A DNA stretch of 64,000 nucleotides, taken from assembly GCA_965198005.1 (NCBI GenBank), contig CBDAOI010000001.1, positions 246,332 through 310,331 on the forward strand, given 5' to 3'. The DNA is from Spirochaetia bacterium (GTDB taxonomy: Bacteria > Spirochaetota > Spirochaetia > SZUA-6 > Bin103). Positions 40,420-53,415 of the stretch are shown piece by piece. The notes under the pieces are model-generated. The model did no database searches. It was not told the DNA's origin and worked only from the letters and a program-made list of their open reading frames with translations. The translations under genes were made by a program, and so were the position numbers. How positions within the stretch are numbered: position 1 is the first letter of the stretch; each line of letters begins with the position of its first letter.

Positions 40420-41477
40420 GCTCCGAAGCGGTCGTTTATCTCATCCCCGTAGTCGGCCCACCACGCCCAGTCGTTGAACACCGACCGCTCCAGGCGGGCC
40501 GGAGTGACCGGCATGTGAGGCTCCATCTCCACGCCGGTCTCCATGTGGGTCGTAACCAGCCCCAGCGCCGAGTGTCGGGTCGGGCTGTAGGAGATGTACT
40601 GGCTCATCGCCGCCATCGACGCCGGCTTGGCGGCGAACGCCAGGAATTCGAGCGCCGCCTCCAGGTTGGACGCCCCCGCGGGAATGGCGAGCTGCGTGTG
40701 GTCCAGTACCTGACCGTCCCAGACGATCTCGAACGGCTGGTTCTCCACCACCTGGGCATTGAATATGCGGCCGTTGTAAGCGGTGCTCATCACCACCTCG
40801 CCGTCGGCCAGGAGCTGCGGCGGCTGCGCGCCGGCCTCCCACCACACCACCTGGTCCTTGATCGAATCCAGCTTGCGGAACGCCCGGTCCACGCCCGCGG
40901 GCGTGCTCAGGGTGGCGTATACCTGGTCCACCGGCACGCCGTCGGCTACCAGCGCGAACTCCAGGTTGCCGTACGGCGAGCGCCGCATGCCGCGCCGGCC
41001 GGGGAACTTGTCCAGGTCGAAGAAATCGGCCGTGGTCGACGGCTGCTCGTCAGCGAACAGATCGCTGCGGTACGCGTAGATCGTGGAATACACGACCATC
41101 CCGACGCCGCATTCCGACAGCATGCCGGGCAGGAAGTCCTGCGCTGCCGCCGCCGCATCGGGGAATATATCCTCCTGCGGGACGACCTCCAACAGGCCTT
41201 CATCGCAGCCGCGCACGGCGTCCGCCGCTTCCAGGTCGACCACGTCCCAGTGCACGTTGCCGGTCTCCACCTGCGCGCGGATCTCGGCCAGGCCGCCGTT
41301 GTAGTCCTCCATGCTCACCGCGGTGTCCGTGGCCGCGGCGAACGGATCGAGCAACGCTCTCTGCGTAGCGCGGCCGTACGCGCCGCCCCACGACACCATG
41401 GTCAGCTTGCCATCCGCACTCGCGGCAACCCCTGCCAGCACTCCCATCAGTGCCAGCACCACCAGACGCTTGGTCAT
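40404..41477 (-). CDS. Polyamine-type ABC substrate-binding protein (PotD-like)
   Basis: Signal peptide, SWGGAY, WDVVD, LLADGEV; AGGAG RBS. Confidence 0.9.
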   Translation of the reverse strand: MTKRLVVLALMGVLAGVAASADGKLTMVSWGGAYGRATQRALLDPFAAATDTAVSMEDYNGGLAEIRAQVETGNVHWDVVDLEAADAVRGCDEGLLEVVPQEDIFPDAAAAAQDFLPGMLSECGVGMVVYSTIYAYRSDLFADEQPSTTADFFDLDKFPGRRGMRRSPYGNLEFALVADGVPVDQVYATLSTPAGVDRAFRKLDSIKDQVVWWEAGAQPPQLLADGEVVMSTAYNGRIFNAQVVENQPFEIVWDGQVLDHTQLAIPAGASNLEAALEFLAFAAKPASMAAMSQYISYSPTRHSALGLVTTHMETGVEMEPHMPVTPARLERSVFNDWAWWADYGDEINDRFGAWLAR

Positions 41478-41481
41478 CGCC

Positions 41482-42654
<1,173 letters not shown>

Positions 42655-42759
42655 GCCGTCCGGCCGGCGATTTGTCAAGTGCCTGCGATCCTAATCGTCA
42701 GGAGGAATGGAATGGCGGCAGTTGGTCGCGAGCAATAGAAGGGACAGACATACTTTGTT

Positions 42760-43281
42760 TCAAAGCTGTTCGACGAATTGAGCTTCGGTCGCCGCTGACA
42801 AGTGTGTGACGACGAGAGTTTCGTGTCCGCTGTCATCAAGGATGGTGATGTCGAGAGTCCCGTCCATTGCCAACTCGGCAAACATCAACAGACCACTTGT
42901 CAGCCTCAGGTCGAACGAGAGCGCACCTTCCACGTCAATCGTGATTTCGGGTTCGTCCGTCTGTTCTTTGGCTTCTTGTACTAGGCGATCTGCCAACTCG
43001 ACGACATGATTATCTGGCCGTTCGCGATCAAGACCCAAAGCAAACTCGCGAACCCTCGAATCAAACGGAATGACTCGAGCACTCCAAGACTCTTGTTGGT
43101 TCCACCAGCTCGCAAGTAGTGACCGCTCAGCTACTGGCCTGGCTTGCAACCCGTTGACTGCGGAGCTCATACGTCGGTCATACTCCGTGTTCGGTTTCAA
43201 CTCAACAAGCGTGCACGATGTCAAGTGAGTATCCGCATAGGCCACGACAACTAAGCTTGCATGAATGAATCTCCGAGTCAA
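42760..43281 (-). CDS. Hypothetical protein in a lower-GC patch; start uncertain
   Basis: Open frame with protein-like acidic C-terminal half; composition differs from the flanks. Confidence 0.5.
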   Translation of the reverse strand: MTRRFIHASLVVVAYADTHLTSCTLVELKPNTEYDRRMSSAVNGLQARPVAERSLLASWWNQQESWSARVIPFDSRVREFALGLDRERPDNHVVELADRLVQEAKEQTDEPEITIDVEGALSFDLRLTSGLLMFAELAMDGTLDITILDDSGHETLVVTHLSAATEAQFVEQL

Positions 43282-43471
43282 GTCGCCGCGGCGCGCGATG
43301 TAGTGCTCAAGAAAAAGTCCAACTAGCTTGACCCGGGGCGGCGGCGCGTATTAAGGACTGTCACCCGTTGCAGGTGGAGTGCTATTTGGTCCCTTCCGTG
43401 CGGGTCGTGCGACCCGCCGGTGTTCCCGACCTTCCGGTGTTCCCCTGCGGCAACGCAAGCGAGGAAGGCTT

Positions 43472-44509
43472 ATGGCACCGGTTCCCGTGGCCGTGCTCGG
43501 CGCCACCGGCATGGTCGGACAGCACATCGTGGCGATGCTGGAGGATCACCCGCAGTTCAGGCTCAACGAAGTGGCATCCTCGGCCCGCACCGCCGGCAAC
43601 CGGTACGCGGACGCGGCGAGCTGGCGCCTGCCCACCCCCATGCCGGCCGCGGCCGCCGGCCTGACCCTCAAGCAGGGCGGCGGCGCCCTGACCAGCCGCG
43701 TGATCTTCTCCAGCATGCCGTCGGCACCGGCCGAGGCAATCGAGCGCGGCTATGCCGCCGCCGGCCACGTGGTGATCAGCAACTCCAGCGCCCACCGCAT
43801 GGCGCCGCAGGTGCCGCTGGTGATTCCGGAGGTCAACGCCGACCACCTGGAGCTGGTGCGGCGGCAGGGGACGACCGGCGGCATCGTGACCAACTGCAAC
43901 TGCGCGGCGATGTTTCTGGCGATGGTGCTGGCGCCGCTGCACCGCCGCTACCGGGTGGAGGCGGTGCAGGTCACCACCATGCAGGCGGTGTCCGGCGCCG
44001 GCTATCCCGGCGTTCCCAGCCTCGACATTCTCGGCAACGTGTTTCCGCTGCCGGGGGAAGAGGTGAAGATGGAGCGCGAGACCCGGAAGATGCTCGGCAC
44101 CCTGGCCGGCGACACGGTGGTGCCGGCCCCGTTTCCGGTCAGCGCCCAGTGCCAGCGGGTGCCGGTGATCGACGGCCACACCGAGACGGTTTCGGTGCGG
44201 CTCGGCGCCGATCCCGACCCCGCCGCGGTGGCGGCCACCCTGGCCGAGTTCCGCGGCCTGCCGCAGGAACGGGCGCTGCCGAGCGCGCCGCCGCACCCGA
44301 TCGTGGTGTTCGAGCAGCCGGACCGGCCGCAGCCGCGGCTCGACGCCACTGCCGGCGCCGGCCTGGTGGCCGCCGTGGGCCGCATCCGCCGCTGCCCGGT
44401 GTTCTCGATCAAAATGCTGGTGCTGGGCCATAACCTGGTGCGCGGCGCGGCCGCGGCGGCGCTGCTCAACGCCGAGACCATGCACGCGCTGGAGCTGCTG
44501 GCGCCGTGA
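43472..44509 (+). CDS. asd: Aspartate-semialdehyde dehydrogenase
   Basis: LGATGMVGQ, PEVN, QAVSGAG, RVPVIDGH, HNLVRGAA. Confidence 0.95.
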   Translation: MAPVPVAVLGATGMVGQHIVAMLEDHPQFRLNEVASSARTAGNRYADAASWRLPTPMPAAAAGLTLKQGGGALTSRVIFSSMPSAPAEAIERGYAAAGHVVISNSSAHRMAPQVPLVIPEVNADHLELVRRQGTTGGIVTNCNCAAMFLAMVLAPLHRRYRVEAVQVTTMQAVSGAGYPGVPSLDILGNVFPLPGEEVKMERETRKMLGTLAGDTVVPAPFPVSAQCQRVPVIDGHTETVSVRLGADPDPAAVAATLAEFRGLPQERALPSAPPHPIVVFEQPDRPQPRLDATAGAGLVAAVGRIRRCPVFSIKMLVLGHNLVRGAAAAALLNAETMHALELLAP

Positions 44510-45879
44510 CCGTGATGAAGTTCGGCGGCACCTCGCTGGCGACGCCGCAACTGCTGGACCATGCGCTCACCATCGCCGCCGGCGCGCGCGGCGCCGGCGT
44601 GGTGCTGGTGGCGTCGGCCATGGGCACCACCACCGACCGGCTGCAGCAGGCGGCGCACGCCGCCGGCGCCGGCCGGCAGGACGCGGCCGCCGCAGTGGTG
44701 GCCGAGCTGGCGTCTGTTCACCAGGGCGCCGCCGCCGCGCTGCTGACCGGCGTCGAGCACGAGCGCTGCCGCGCCGACCTGACGGCGCTGTTCGCGGAAC
44801 TGCAGCGCATCGTCACCGGCGTGGCGCTGCTCCGGCAGTGGACGCCGCGCACCAACGACGCGATTCTCGGCTTCGGCGAACGGGCGGTGACCTGCCTGCT
44901 GGCCGCGCGCGCGCGGGCGCGGCGGATCGAGACCCGGCTGCTCGACAGCCGCGGGCTGGTGCGCACCGACGATCACTTCACCCACGCCAACGTCGACCAG
45001 GCGGAAACCGCGGCCCGCATCCGGGAGCACGCGACGCCGGCGCCGGGGCAACTCCTGATCGCGCAGGGGTTCATCGCCGCCACCGCCGACGGCGCCGCCA
45101 CCACGCTCGGGCGCGGCGGCTCCGACTACACCGCCACCCTGTTCGGAGCCGCCCTCGGCGCCGGCGAGGTGACCATCTGGACCGACGTCGACGGCATCAT
45201 GACCTGCGACCCGCGCCTGGTGGACACGGCCCGCACGCAGCCGCAGATCAGCTATCGCGAGGCCGCGGAGCTGGCCTACTTCGGCGCCCGCGTGGTGCAC
45301 CCGTCCACCATCCAGCCCGCCGTGAGCCGTGCGATTCCGGTCACGGTGCGCAACACCCGGCGGCCGGACCTGCCCGGCACCCGGATTCAGGAGCGGACCC
45401 CCGCCGCCGGCCCCAAGGCGATCGCCTTCAAACGGGGCATCACGCTGCTCAACGTGAGCTCGTCGCGGATGCTGCTGGCGTACGGGTTCCTGCGCCGCAT
45501 GTTCGAGATCTTCGAGCACCACCACACGCCGGTGGACCTGGTCACCACCTCCGAGGTATCGGTGTCGATGACGATCGACCGGCGTGACGAGCTGCCGGAG
45601 ATTACGCGCGAGCTGGCGCGGATCGGCTCGGTGAGCGTGGACCACGACGCGACGCTGGTGTCGGTCGTGGGGCACGATCTGTGGGGGCAGCCGGGGTTCC
45701 TGCCGGCGGCGGTCGGTGCCCTGCAGGGAGTGCCGCTGAAGATGCTGGCGCTCGGCGCCTCGGACATCAACCTGTCGCTGGTGGTGCCCGACGGCTCCAC
45801 CGAGACCGCGGTCAGGTCGCTCCATCGGACCCTGTTCGAGCGCACCCGGTGTGAGCAAGAGAGGAGGTTGTCATGTTGA
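44506..45879 (+). CDS. lysC: Aspartokinase with two ACT domains
   Basis: KFGGTS, TTLGRGGSDYTA, WTDVDG, TSEVSVS. Confidence 0.93.
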   Translation: MTVMKFGGTSLATPQLLDHALTIAAGARGAGVVLVASAMGTTTDRLQQAAHAAGAGRQDAAAAVVAELASVHQGAAAALLTGVEHERCRADLTALFAELQRIVTGVALLRQWTPRTNDAILGFGERAVTCLLAARARARRIETRLLDSRGLVRTDDHFTHANVDQAETAARIREHATPAPGQLLIAQGFIAATADGAATTLGRGGSDYTATLFGAALGAGEVTIWTDVDGIMTCDPRLVDTARTQPQISYREAAELAYFGARVVHPSTIQPAVSRAIPVTVRNTRRPDLPGTRIQERTPAAGPKAIAFKRGITLLNVSSSRMLLAYGFLRRMFEIFEHHHTPVDLVTTSEVSVSMTIDRRDELPEITRELARIGSVSVDHDATLVSVVGHDLWGQPGFLPAAVGALQGVPLKMLALGASDINLSLVVPDGSTETAVRSLHRTLFERTRCEQERRLSC

Positions 45880-47123
45880 CCCTGGGCGGCGCCGCCGCCG
45901 ACCGGCTGGCGGCGGAGTACGGCACGCCGCTGTACGTGTACGACGAGGAGTGCATCCGCACCGCGTTCACCGCCCTGCGGCAGGCGTTCGCGGTGCCCGA
46001 CCTGCGCATTCACTTCGCCACCAAGGCCAACTCCAACCCCTGGATCCTGCGCCTGCTGCGGCAGCTCGGAGCGTGGGCGGACGTGGTCTCGCCCGGCGAG
46101 ATCCTGCTGGCGCGCACCGCCGGGTTCCCGCCGGAGCGGTTGCTGTACAACGGCAACTCCGCCTCCGATGCCGAGCTGCGCACGGCGCTCGACCAGGGAG
46201 TGCGGATCAACGTGGAGTCGCTCTCCCAACTCCGCCGGCTGGCGGCCATGGCACCGGGCACCGCGATCAGCATCCGCTTCAACATCTACGTCGGCGGCGG
46301 CCACCACTCGCACGTCATCACCGGCGGGCCGGAGAGCAAGTTCGGGATCGACTGGGAGCAGGCGGCGGAGGCGCAGCGCGTCGCCGGCGCCGGCGGGCTG
46401 CGGGTGGCCGGCGTGCATTGCCACATCGGCTCCGGCGTGCTGCAGGCGGAGCGGTTCGTGCAGGCGGTCACCAACCTGCTGGTCACGGCGCGCCGGTTCC
46501 CGGCGCTGGAGCAGGTGAACTTCGGCGGCGGGATCGGAATTCCCTACCGGCGGTGGGAGCGCCCGCTCGACCTGGAACGGCTGGGATCGCTGCTGACCGG
46601 GGCGTACGATGCATTCTGCGCCGAGTACGGCGCGCGGCCGGCGCTGTGCCTGGAGCCGGGCCGGTTCCTGATCGCGCGCGCCGGCACCCTGCTGTGCCGG
46701 GTAACCGCGGTGAACCAGGCGCGCAAGTACCGGTTCGCGGGCACCGACAGCGGCTTCAACCACCTCGTGCGGCCGGCGATGTACGGCTCCTACCATCACC
46801 TGGAACCGGTGGCGCCGCGTTCCGGGCCGCCGCGGCCCACGGTGGTGACCGGTAACATCTGCGAGTCGGGCGACGTGTTCACCCGCGGCGAAGCCGGCAT
46901 CGAGCCGCGCCCGCTGCCGCCGCTGCAGGAGGGCGACCTGCTGGCGATTCGCGACGCGGGGGCCTATGGCTTCGCCATGGCCTCGCGCTACAATTCGTTT
47001 CCGCTGCCGGCGGAAGTGCTGGTGGACGCCGGCCGCGCGCGGCTGATCCGCCGGCGCGACGCGTTGGCGCAGCTCCTGGAGAACGTTCCGCCGCTGGACG
47101 ACGAGCAGCAGCAAGGGAGATAG
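45873..47123 (+). CDS. lysA: Diaminopimelate decarboxylase
   Basis: GTPLYVYD, FATKAN, SKFG, HCHIGS, EPGR, CESGD. Confidence 0.96.
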   Translation: MLTLGGAAADRLAAEYGTPLYVYDEECIRTAFTALRQAFAVPDLRIHFATKANSNPWILRLLRQLGAWADVVSPGEILLARTAGFPPERLLYNGNSASDAELRTALDQGVRINVESLSQLRRLAAMAPGTAISIRFNIYVGGGHHSHVITGGPESKFGIDWEQAAEAQRVAGAGGLRVAGVHCHIGSGVLQAERFVQAVTNLLVTARRFPALEQVNFGGGIGIPYRRWERPLDLERLGSLLTGAYDAFCAEYGARPALCLEPGRFLIARAGTLLCRVTAVNQARKYRFAGTDSGFNHLVRPAMYGSYHHLEPVAPRSGPPRPTVVTGNICESGDVFTRGEAGIEPRPLPPLQEGDLLAIRDAGAYGFAMASRYNSFPLPAEVLVDAGRARLIRRRDALAQLLENVPPLDDEQQQGR

Positions 47124-47133
47124 CGAGGCACCG

Positions 47134-48012
47134 ATGGAGATCGACTTTGTCAAGATGGAGGGCCTGGGCAACGACTACGTGTACTGGGACCTGGCCGCCA
47201 ACGGGGGTGCCGCGCGCGCGCCCGTGGCCGAGGCGCTGCTGCCCGCCCTGGCCTCCCGCATCGCCGACCGCCACTTCGGCGTGGGCGGCGACGGGCTGGT
47301 GCTGATCCTGCCGGGCGACACCCATCGCGTGCGGATGCGCATGTTCAACGCGGACGGGTCGGAGGCGGAGATGTGCGGCAACGCGATTCGCTGCGTGGCC
47401 CGCTACGCGCGCGACACCGGCCTGGTGACCGACGCGCGGTTCACCATCGAAACCATGCACCGCGAGATCCGGATGGAAGTGCTGGACGACCGCCGCGGGC
47501 TGGTGCGCGCAGACATGGGGGTGCCGCGCGCCGGCGACGCCCCGGACGCGGCCGAGCTGAAGGCGGACGTGCGGCCGCCGGAGTCCCTGACGATCGGCGC
47601 CGCGCAATACGCGTTTACCGAGGTGAGCATGGGCAACCCGCACGCCGTGGTGTTCGTGGACGACCTGGAGTTCGACCTGGCGGCGCTCGGCAGCAGGTTC
47701 GAGCATCATCCGCGGTTCCCGAACCGTACCAACACCGAGTTCGTGGTGCCGGAAAGCCGCACGCGGTTGCGCATGCGGGTCTGGGAACGGGGCAGCGGCG
47801 AGACGCTGGCCTGCGGCACCGGCGCCTGTGCGGCCGCGGTCGCGGGCGTGCTCACCGGCCGCAGCGAGCGCAGCGTCACGGTCAACCTGCTCGGCGGCGA
47901 CCTGGAGATCGAGTGGTCGGCGGCGGACGACCACGTGTACATGACCGGTCCGGCGACCTACGTGTTCGCCGGCACCTACCGCTACCCGGAGGAGGAACCG
48001 CATGGCGGTTGA
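47134..48012 (+). CDS. dapF: Diaminopimelate epimerase
   Basis: GLGND, EMCGNA, MGNPH, ERGSGETLACGTG. Confidence 0.96.
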   Translation: MEIDFVKMEGLGNDYVYWDLAANGGAARAPVAEALLPALASRIADRHFGVGGDGLVLILPGDTHRVRMRMFNADGSEAEMCGNAIRCVARYARDTGLVTDARFTIETMHREIRMEVLDDRRGLVRADMGVPRAGDAPDAAELKADVRPPESLTIGAAQYAFTEVSMGNPHAVVFVDDLEFDLAALGSRFEHHPRFPNRTNTEFVVPESRTRLRMRVWERGSGETLACGTGACAAAVAGVLTGRSERSVTVNLLGGDLEIEWSAADDHVYMTGPATYVFAGTYRYPEEEPHGG

Positions 48013-49219
48013 GGACTACGCCAGCCGCCGCGTGGCGGCGCTCGGCGACTACGCGTTCGCCGAGGTCGATCTGGAAGTGGCCCGGCTGCGGGAGCGCGGC
48101 CTCGAGCCCATCGACTTCGGGGTCGGCGACCCGACCGCGCCCACGCCGGAGTTGATCCGGCGCGCCACGGCGGCGGCGGTGGAAGCGCGCCGGACCGCCG
48201 GCTACCCCAGCTACGTCGGCGACCGCACCTTTCTCGACGCGGTCGCCGGCTGGATCGAGCGCCGTTTCGGGGTACGGCTCGACGCCGCCACCGAGATCTC
48301 CTCCACGCTCGGCGCCAAGGAGGCGGTGTTCAACTTCCACGAGGCGGTGGTGGATCCGGGCGACGTGGTCCTGTGCCCGTCGCCGGGCTACCCGCCCTAC
48401 AGCCGCGGCACGCTGTTCGCCGAGGGAGAGCCGTACCACCTGCCGCTGACCGCCGACCGCCACTTTCTGATCGACTTCGCCGCGATTCCGAGCGCGGTGG
48501 CGCGGCGCGCCAAGCTGCTGTGGCTCAACTACCCCAACTCCCCGTCCGGCGCGGTCGCCCCGCGCTCGTTCTACCAACAGGCGCTGGAGTTCGCGGCCAG
48601 CTACGACCTGATCATCGCCTCGGACGAGGCCTACTCCGAGCTGTACTTCGAGCAACCGCCGCTATCGATCCTCAACCTGGCGAAGCGGCGGGTGCTGGTG
48701 TTCAACTCGCTCTCCAAACGCTCGGCGATGACCACCTACCGGGTGGGCTGGGTCGCGGGCGACCCCGATCTGGTGGCGCTGTTCCGCAAGGTGAAGACCA
48801 ACGTCGACTCCGGGACCCCGACCTTCGTGCAGGACGGCGCGGTGGCTGCCCTGTCCGACGAGGGCCACGTGCGCGCGTTTCGCGCGGAGTACCGGCGCAA
48901 GCGCGATCTGCTGTGCGACGCGCTGGTGGCCGCCGGGCTGCCCGACTGCCGGCCGCCGGCCACCATCTACGTGTGGCAGCGCGTGCCCGAGAGCATGTCG
49001 GCGGTGGAGTTCGCCACCGCGTTGCTGCAGCCGGAGATCGGGATCGTCACCACGCCGGGGCCCTGGATCGCCGATCCGACCGCGGACGGCACCAATCCGG
49101 GCGAGGGCTACGTGCGCTTCGCGCTGGTGCCGTCGCTGGCCGCGACGCGGCGCGCCGCCGAGCTGCTTCGCCGCGCCCGTTTTGCAGGCGGCGCCGCCGG
49201 CACCGCCGCCGTGGACTGA
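48002..49219 (+). CDS. dapL: Class I/II aminotransferase, probable LL-diaminopimelate aminotransferase
   Basis: GVGDP, NYPNSPSG, DEAYSE, SLSK; inside the lysine operon. Confidence 0.75.
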   Translation: MAVEDYASRRVAALGDYAFAEVDLEVARLRERGLEPIDFGVGDPTAPTPELIRRATAAAVEARRTAGYPSYVGDRTFLDAVAGWIERRFGVRLDAATEISSTLGAKEAVFNFHEAVVDPGDVVLCPSPGYPPYSRGTLFAEGEPYHLPLTADRHFLIDFAAIPSAVARRAKLLWLNYPNSPSGAVAPRSFYQQALEFAASYDLIIASDEAYSELYFEQPPLSILNLAKRRVLVFNSLSKRSAMTTYRVGWVAGDPDLVALFRKVKTNVDSGTPTFVQDGAVAALSDEGHVRAFRAEYRRKRDLLCDALVAAGLPDCRPPATIYVWQRVPESMSAVEFATALLQPEIGIVTTPGPWIADPTADGTNPGEGYVRFALVPSLAATRRAAELLRRARFAGGAAGTAAVD

Positions 49220-49223
49220 GGGT

Positions 49224-49673
49224 TTGGATCGGCTGTTCGACCGCCTCGGCGATCTGCTGCGCGACGTGCTCGGCGGCGGCGGCAGCGGTGCGCACGGCCG
49301 CCGCGGCCGCACCCGGCAGTTCGACGATCCCGACCTGGCCGCGGCCTGGGAGGAGTTGGAGGACTTTCTCAACGCCGACGAGGACGAGACCGCGGCCGGG
49401 ACGGCACGGCGCGGCCCGGACGCCGCCGGGGGGGGGGGCGCCGCGGCCGCCCCGCCGCCCGAGCACCTGCGGGCGGACTACGCGACGCTGGAGGTGGCGT
49501 TCGGGACACCCCTGGCGGAAGTCCGGCGGTCCTACAAGCGGCTGATGCGGGCGCATCACCCGGACCGCTTCGCTACCGACCCCGACCGGCTGGCCGCGGC
49601 CACGCGCAAGGCGGCGCAGATCAACGCCGCCTATGCGCGGATCGACCGGGCGGACCGGGCGTCGCGGCAATGA
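49224..49673 (+). CDS. Small protein with C-terminal J domain
   Basis: YKRLMRAHHPD..INAAY (HPD motif); TTG start inferred. Confidence 0.85.
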   Translation: MDRLFDRLGDLLRDVLGGGGSGAHGRRGRTRQFDDPDLAAAWEELEDFLNADEDETAAGTARRGPDAAGGGGAAAAPPPEHLRADYATLEVAFGTPLAEVRRSYKRLMRAHHPDRFATDPDRLAAATRKAAQINAAYARIDRADRASRQ

Positions 49674-49747
49674 CAGCGCCGGTCCTGCTGCGGTATGCTG
49701 CACCCGCCACCCGCTGAGATGGTGTCCGACGCCGTGAGGAATCGTTG

Positions 49748-50844
49748 ATGCACGTGCCCGCCTGGGTGCTCCCCGGTACCGCGCTGGTCGCGGCGGTCTC
49801 ATTCGTGCTCAGCACGCTGCTGACGCCGGCCGTTACCCGGCTGGCCCACCGCTTCAAGTGGTACGACATCCCCAACTGGCGCAAGCTGCACACCGACCTG
49901 ATTCCGCGCATCGGCGGGGTGGCCATCGCGCTGGCCGCGGCCGGCGGCCTGGTGCTGGGCGTGACCGCGGTGCGCGCGCTGGGCGTGGCGCTGCCGCTGG
50001 CGGCAACGACGCTGGCGCCCGTCGCCGCCGGCATCCTGCTGGCGCAGGCGGTCGGGCTGTGGGACGACTTCACGCCGCTGCGCGGCCGGGTCAAGTTTGC
50101 CGGTCAGATCCTCGCCGCCACCGTGGTCGCCCTGGGCATCAACGTCAGCTCCATCGCCCTGCCCTATCTGGGCCGCGTGGACCTCGGCGTCGCAGCCGTT
50201 CCGCTCACCGTGCTGTGGATCGTCGGGATCACCAACGCGTTCAACCTGATCGACGGCATGGACGGGCTCTCCGGCGGGATCGCGGCGTTCGCCGCCGCCG
50301 GCATGGCGATCATCGCGCTGCTCCAGGGACAGCTCCTGATGGCGCTGACGGCCCTGGCCGTGCTCGGCGCCGTGGTCGGCTTTCTGCTGTTCAACTGGCC
50401 GCCGGCGTCGATCATCATGGGTGATTCCGGCAGTCACTTCCTCGGATTCGTCCTCGCCGTGATCCCGCTGCTCGGCATTTCGGGCGCCGCGTCCCTCGGC
50501 ACCTTCGTGGTTCCGATTACCCTGCTCCTGATTCCGGTGGCGGACTGCACGGCCGCCATCGTCCGGCGCCTGTACCAGCGGCGCTCGATTCTCGCCGCCG
50601 ACAAGAGCCACATCCACCACAAGCTGCTGGCGCTCGGCGTTCCGGTGCGCAAGCTGTTGCTGGCAGTGTACGCGGTGTGCGCCTATCTGGCGCTGGTTTC
50701 GATCGCCACGACGGCCGCTTCGTGGGACAACGAGATCTACCTGATCCTCACCGTGTGGGCGGGCGTGTTCCTGACCTACGGCGGGCTGTCGTACGTCGAG
50801 GCGCTCCGGGCCCGGCGGCGCCGGGCGCACGACGTGGGGAAGCG

Positions 50845-50854
<10 letters not shown>
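49748..50854 (+). CDS. Glycosyltransferase family 4 (WecA/TagO-like polyprenyl-phosphate GlcNAc-1-P transferase)
   Basis: PRIGG, GLWDD, NAFNLIDGMDGL, MGDSGS, HIHH. Confidence 0.92.
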
Positions 50855-52217
<1,363 letters not shown>

Positions 52218-52221
<4 letters not shown>

Positions 52222-53414
52222 ACTGCCGCCGCCTCATACCCGAGCAGACGCTGTTCCGCCTGCGGAATCGGCATACTGATCGAGAACGTGCTGCCGGCGC
52301 CCGCCTTGCTGTCCAGGGCGATCTCTCCGAGGTGCTCCTTGACGATCTTGTACACCAGCGTCAGTCCGAGTCCGGTCCCGAAGTCGCGCGTGGTGAAGTA
52401 CGGCTCGAAGATCTTGTCCTGCAGCCTGGGCGGAATGCCCACCCCGGTGTCCCGCACCCGGATGGTCACGGTTTCGCCATCCGTGAGCGACGCGACGGTA
52501 AGCACGCGCCGCCGCTTGCCGTTGGCCGGATCCACCATGGCCGCGATCGCGTTCTTGATGATGTTCAGCAGCGCCTCGCGCAGATAGCGCTGGTCGATCA
52601 GCACGCGCGGCAGCTCCTCCGCCAGCTCCTCGCGCAGCTCGATGCCGGCGGCGGTCAGCTCGGGCCGCAGGAACCGGAGCAGCTCCACCAGCACGTCGTT
52701 GATCTCGCCCGACTCCAGCGCGATGTTCATGGGGCGTACCGCGAACAGGTACTCCACCACGATCTGGTTGAGCCGCTCCACCTCCTCATTGATCACTCCC
52801 ACCGCTTCCCGGACTTCCTGCGCGGTTTCCGCGTCCAGACTCTGGCCGGCGCCGGGCAGCTCGCGCTGGATCAATTGCAGATGGATGCCGATCGCTCCGA
52901 GCGGATTCTTGATCGCATGCGCCACCCCGGCGGTCAGAGTCGTGAGCGCCGCCAAGCTCTCGGCCCGGCGCAGGCGGGCCTCGCCCGCGCGCCGTTCGGT
53001 CACGTCCTCGGCATAGATCAGGTCGCCGCCCACGTGGCCCTCGTGCACCAGCGGCAGGACGCCGAAGCTCAGGGTGCGGAGCGCGCCCGAGTCGGTGGTG
53101 AAGTCGCGGTCACGCGCCTTCTCCTTGTGCCCGAGCGTGTCGCGCAGGAACTCGGCGATTTCCGGGTCGGCGACCACGTCCCATACCCGCCGGTCGGTGT
53201 AGTCGGCCACGCGCAACGGCACCAGCCGCTCGGCGGCGCGGTTCGCCAGCAGGATGCGGCCTGAGGTATCGGTCACGATCAGGCCGCGCGCCATCGAGTC
53301 GAGCACCGTGGCCTGCAGCCGGTTCTCATCCATCAGCAGCCGGAACAAGCCGCGCAGTTGTTCCTGATCGATCTTGTCGAGTCTGTCGACCGCCCGTTGG
53401 TACAACCGTCTCAC
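52218..53414 (-). CDS. Cytoplasmic PAS histidine kinase (Hk2-like)
   Basis: PAS-like region, AHAIKNPL H-box, N/G1/F/G2 boxes; no transmembrane segment; GGAGG RBS. Confidence 0.93.
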
Positions 53415-53415
53415 G

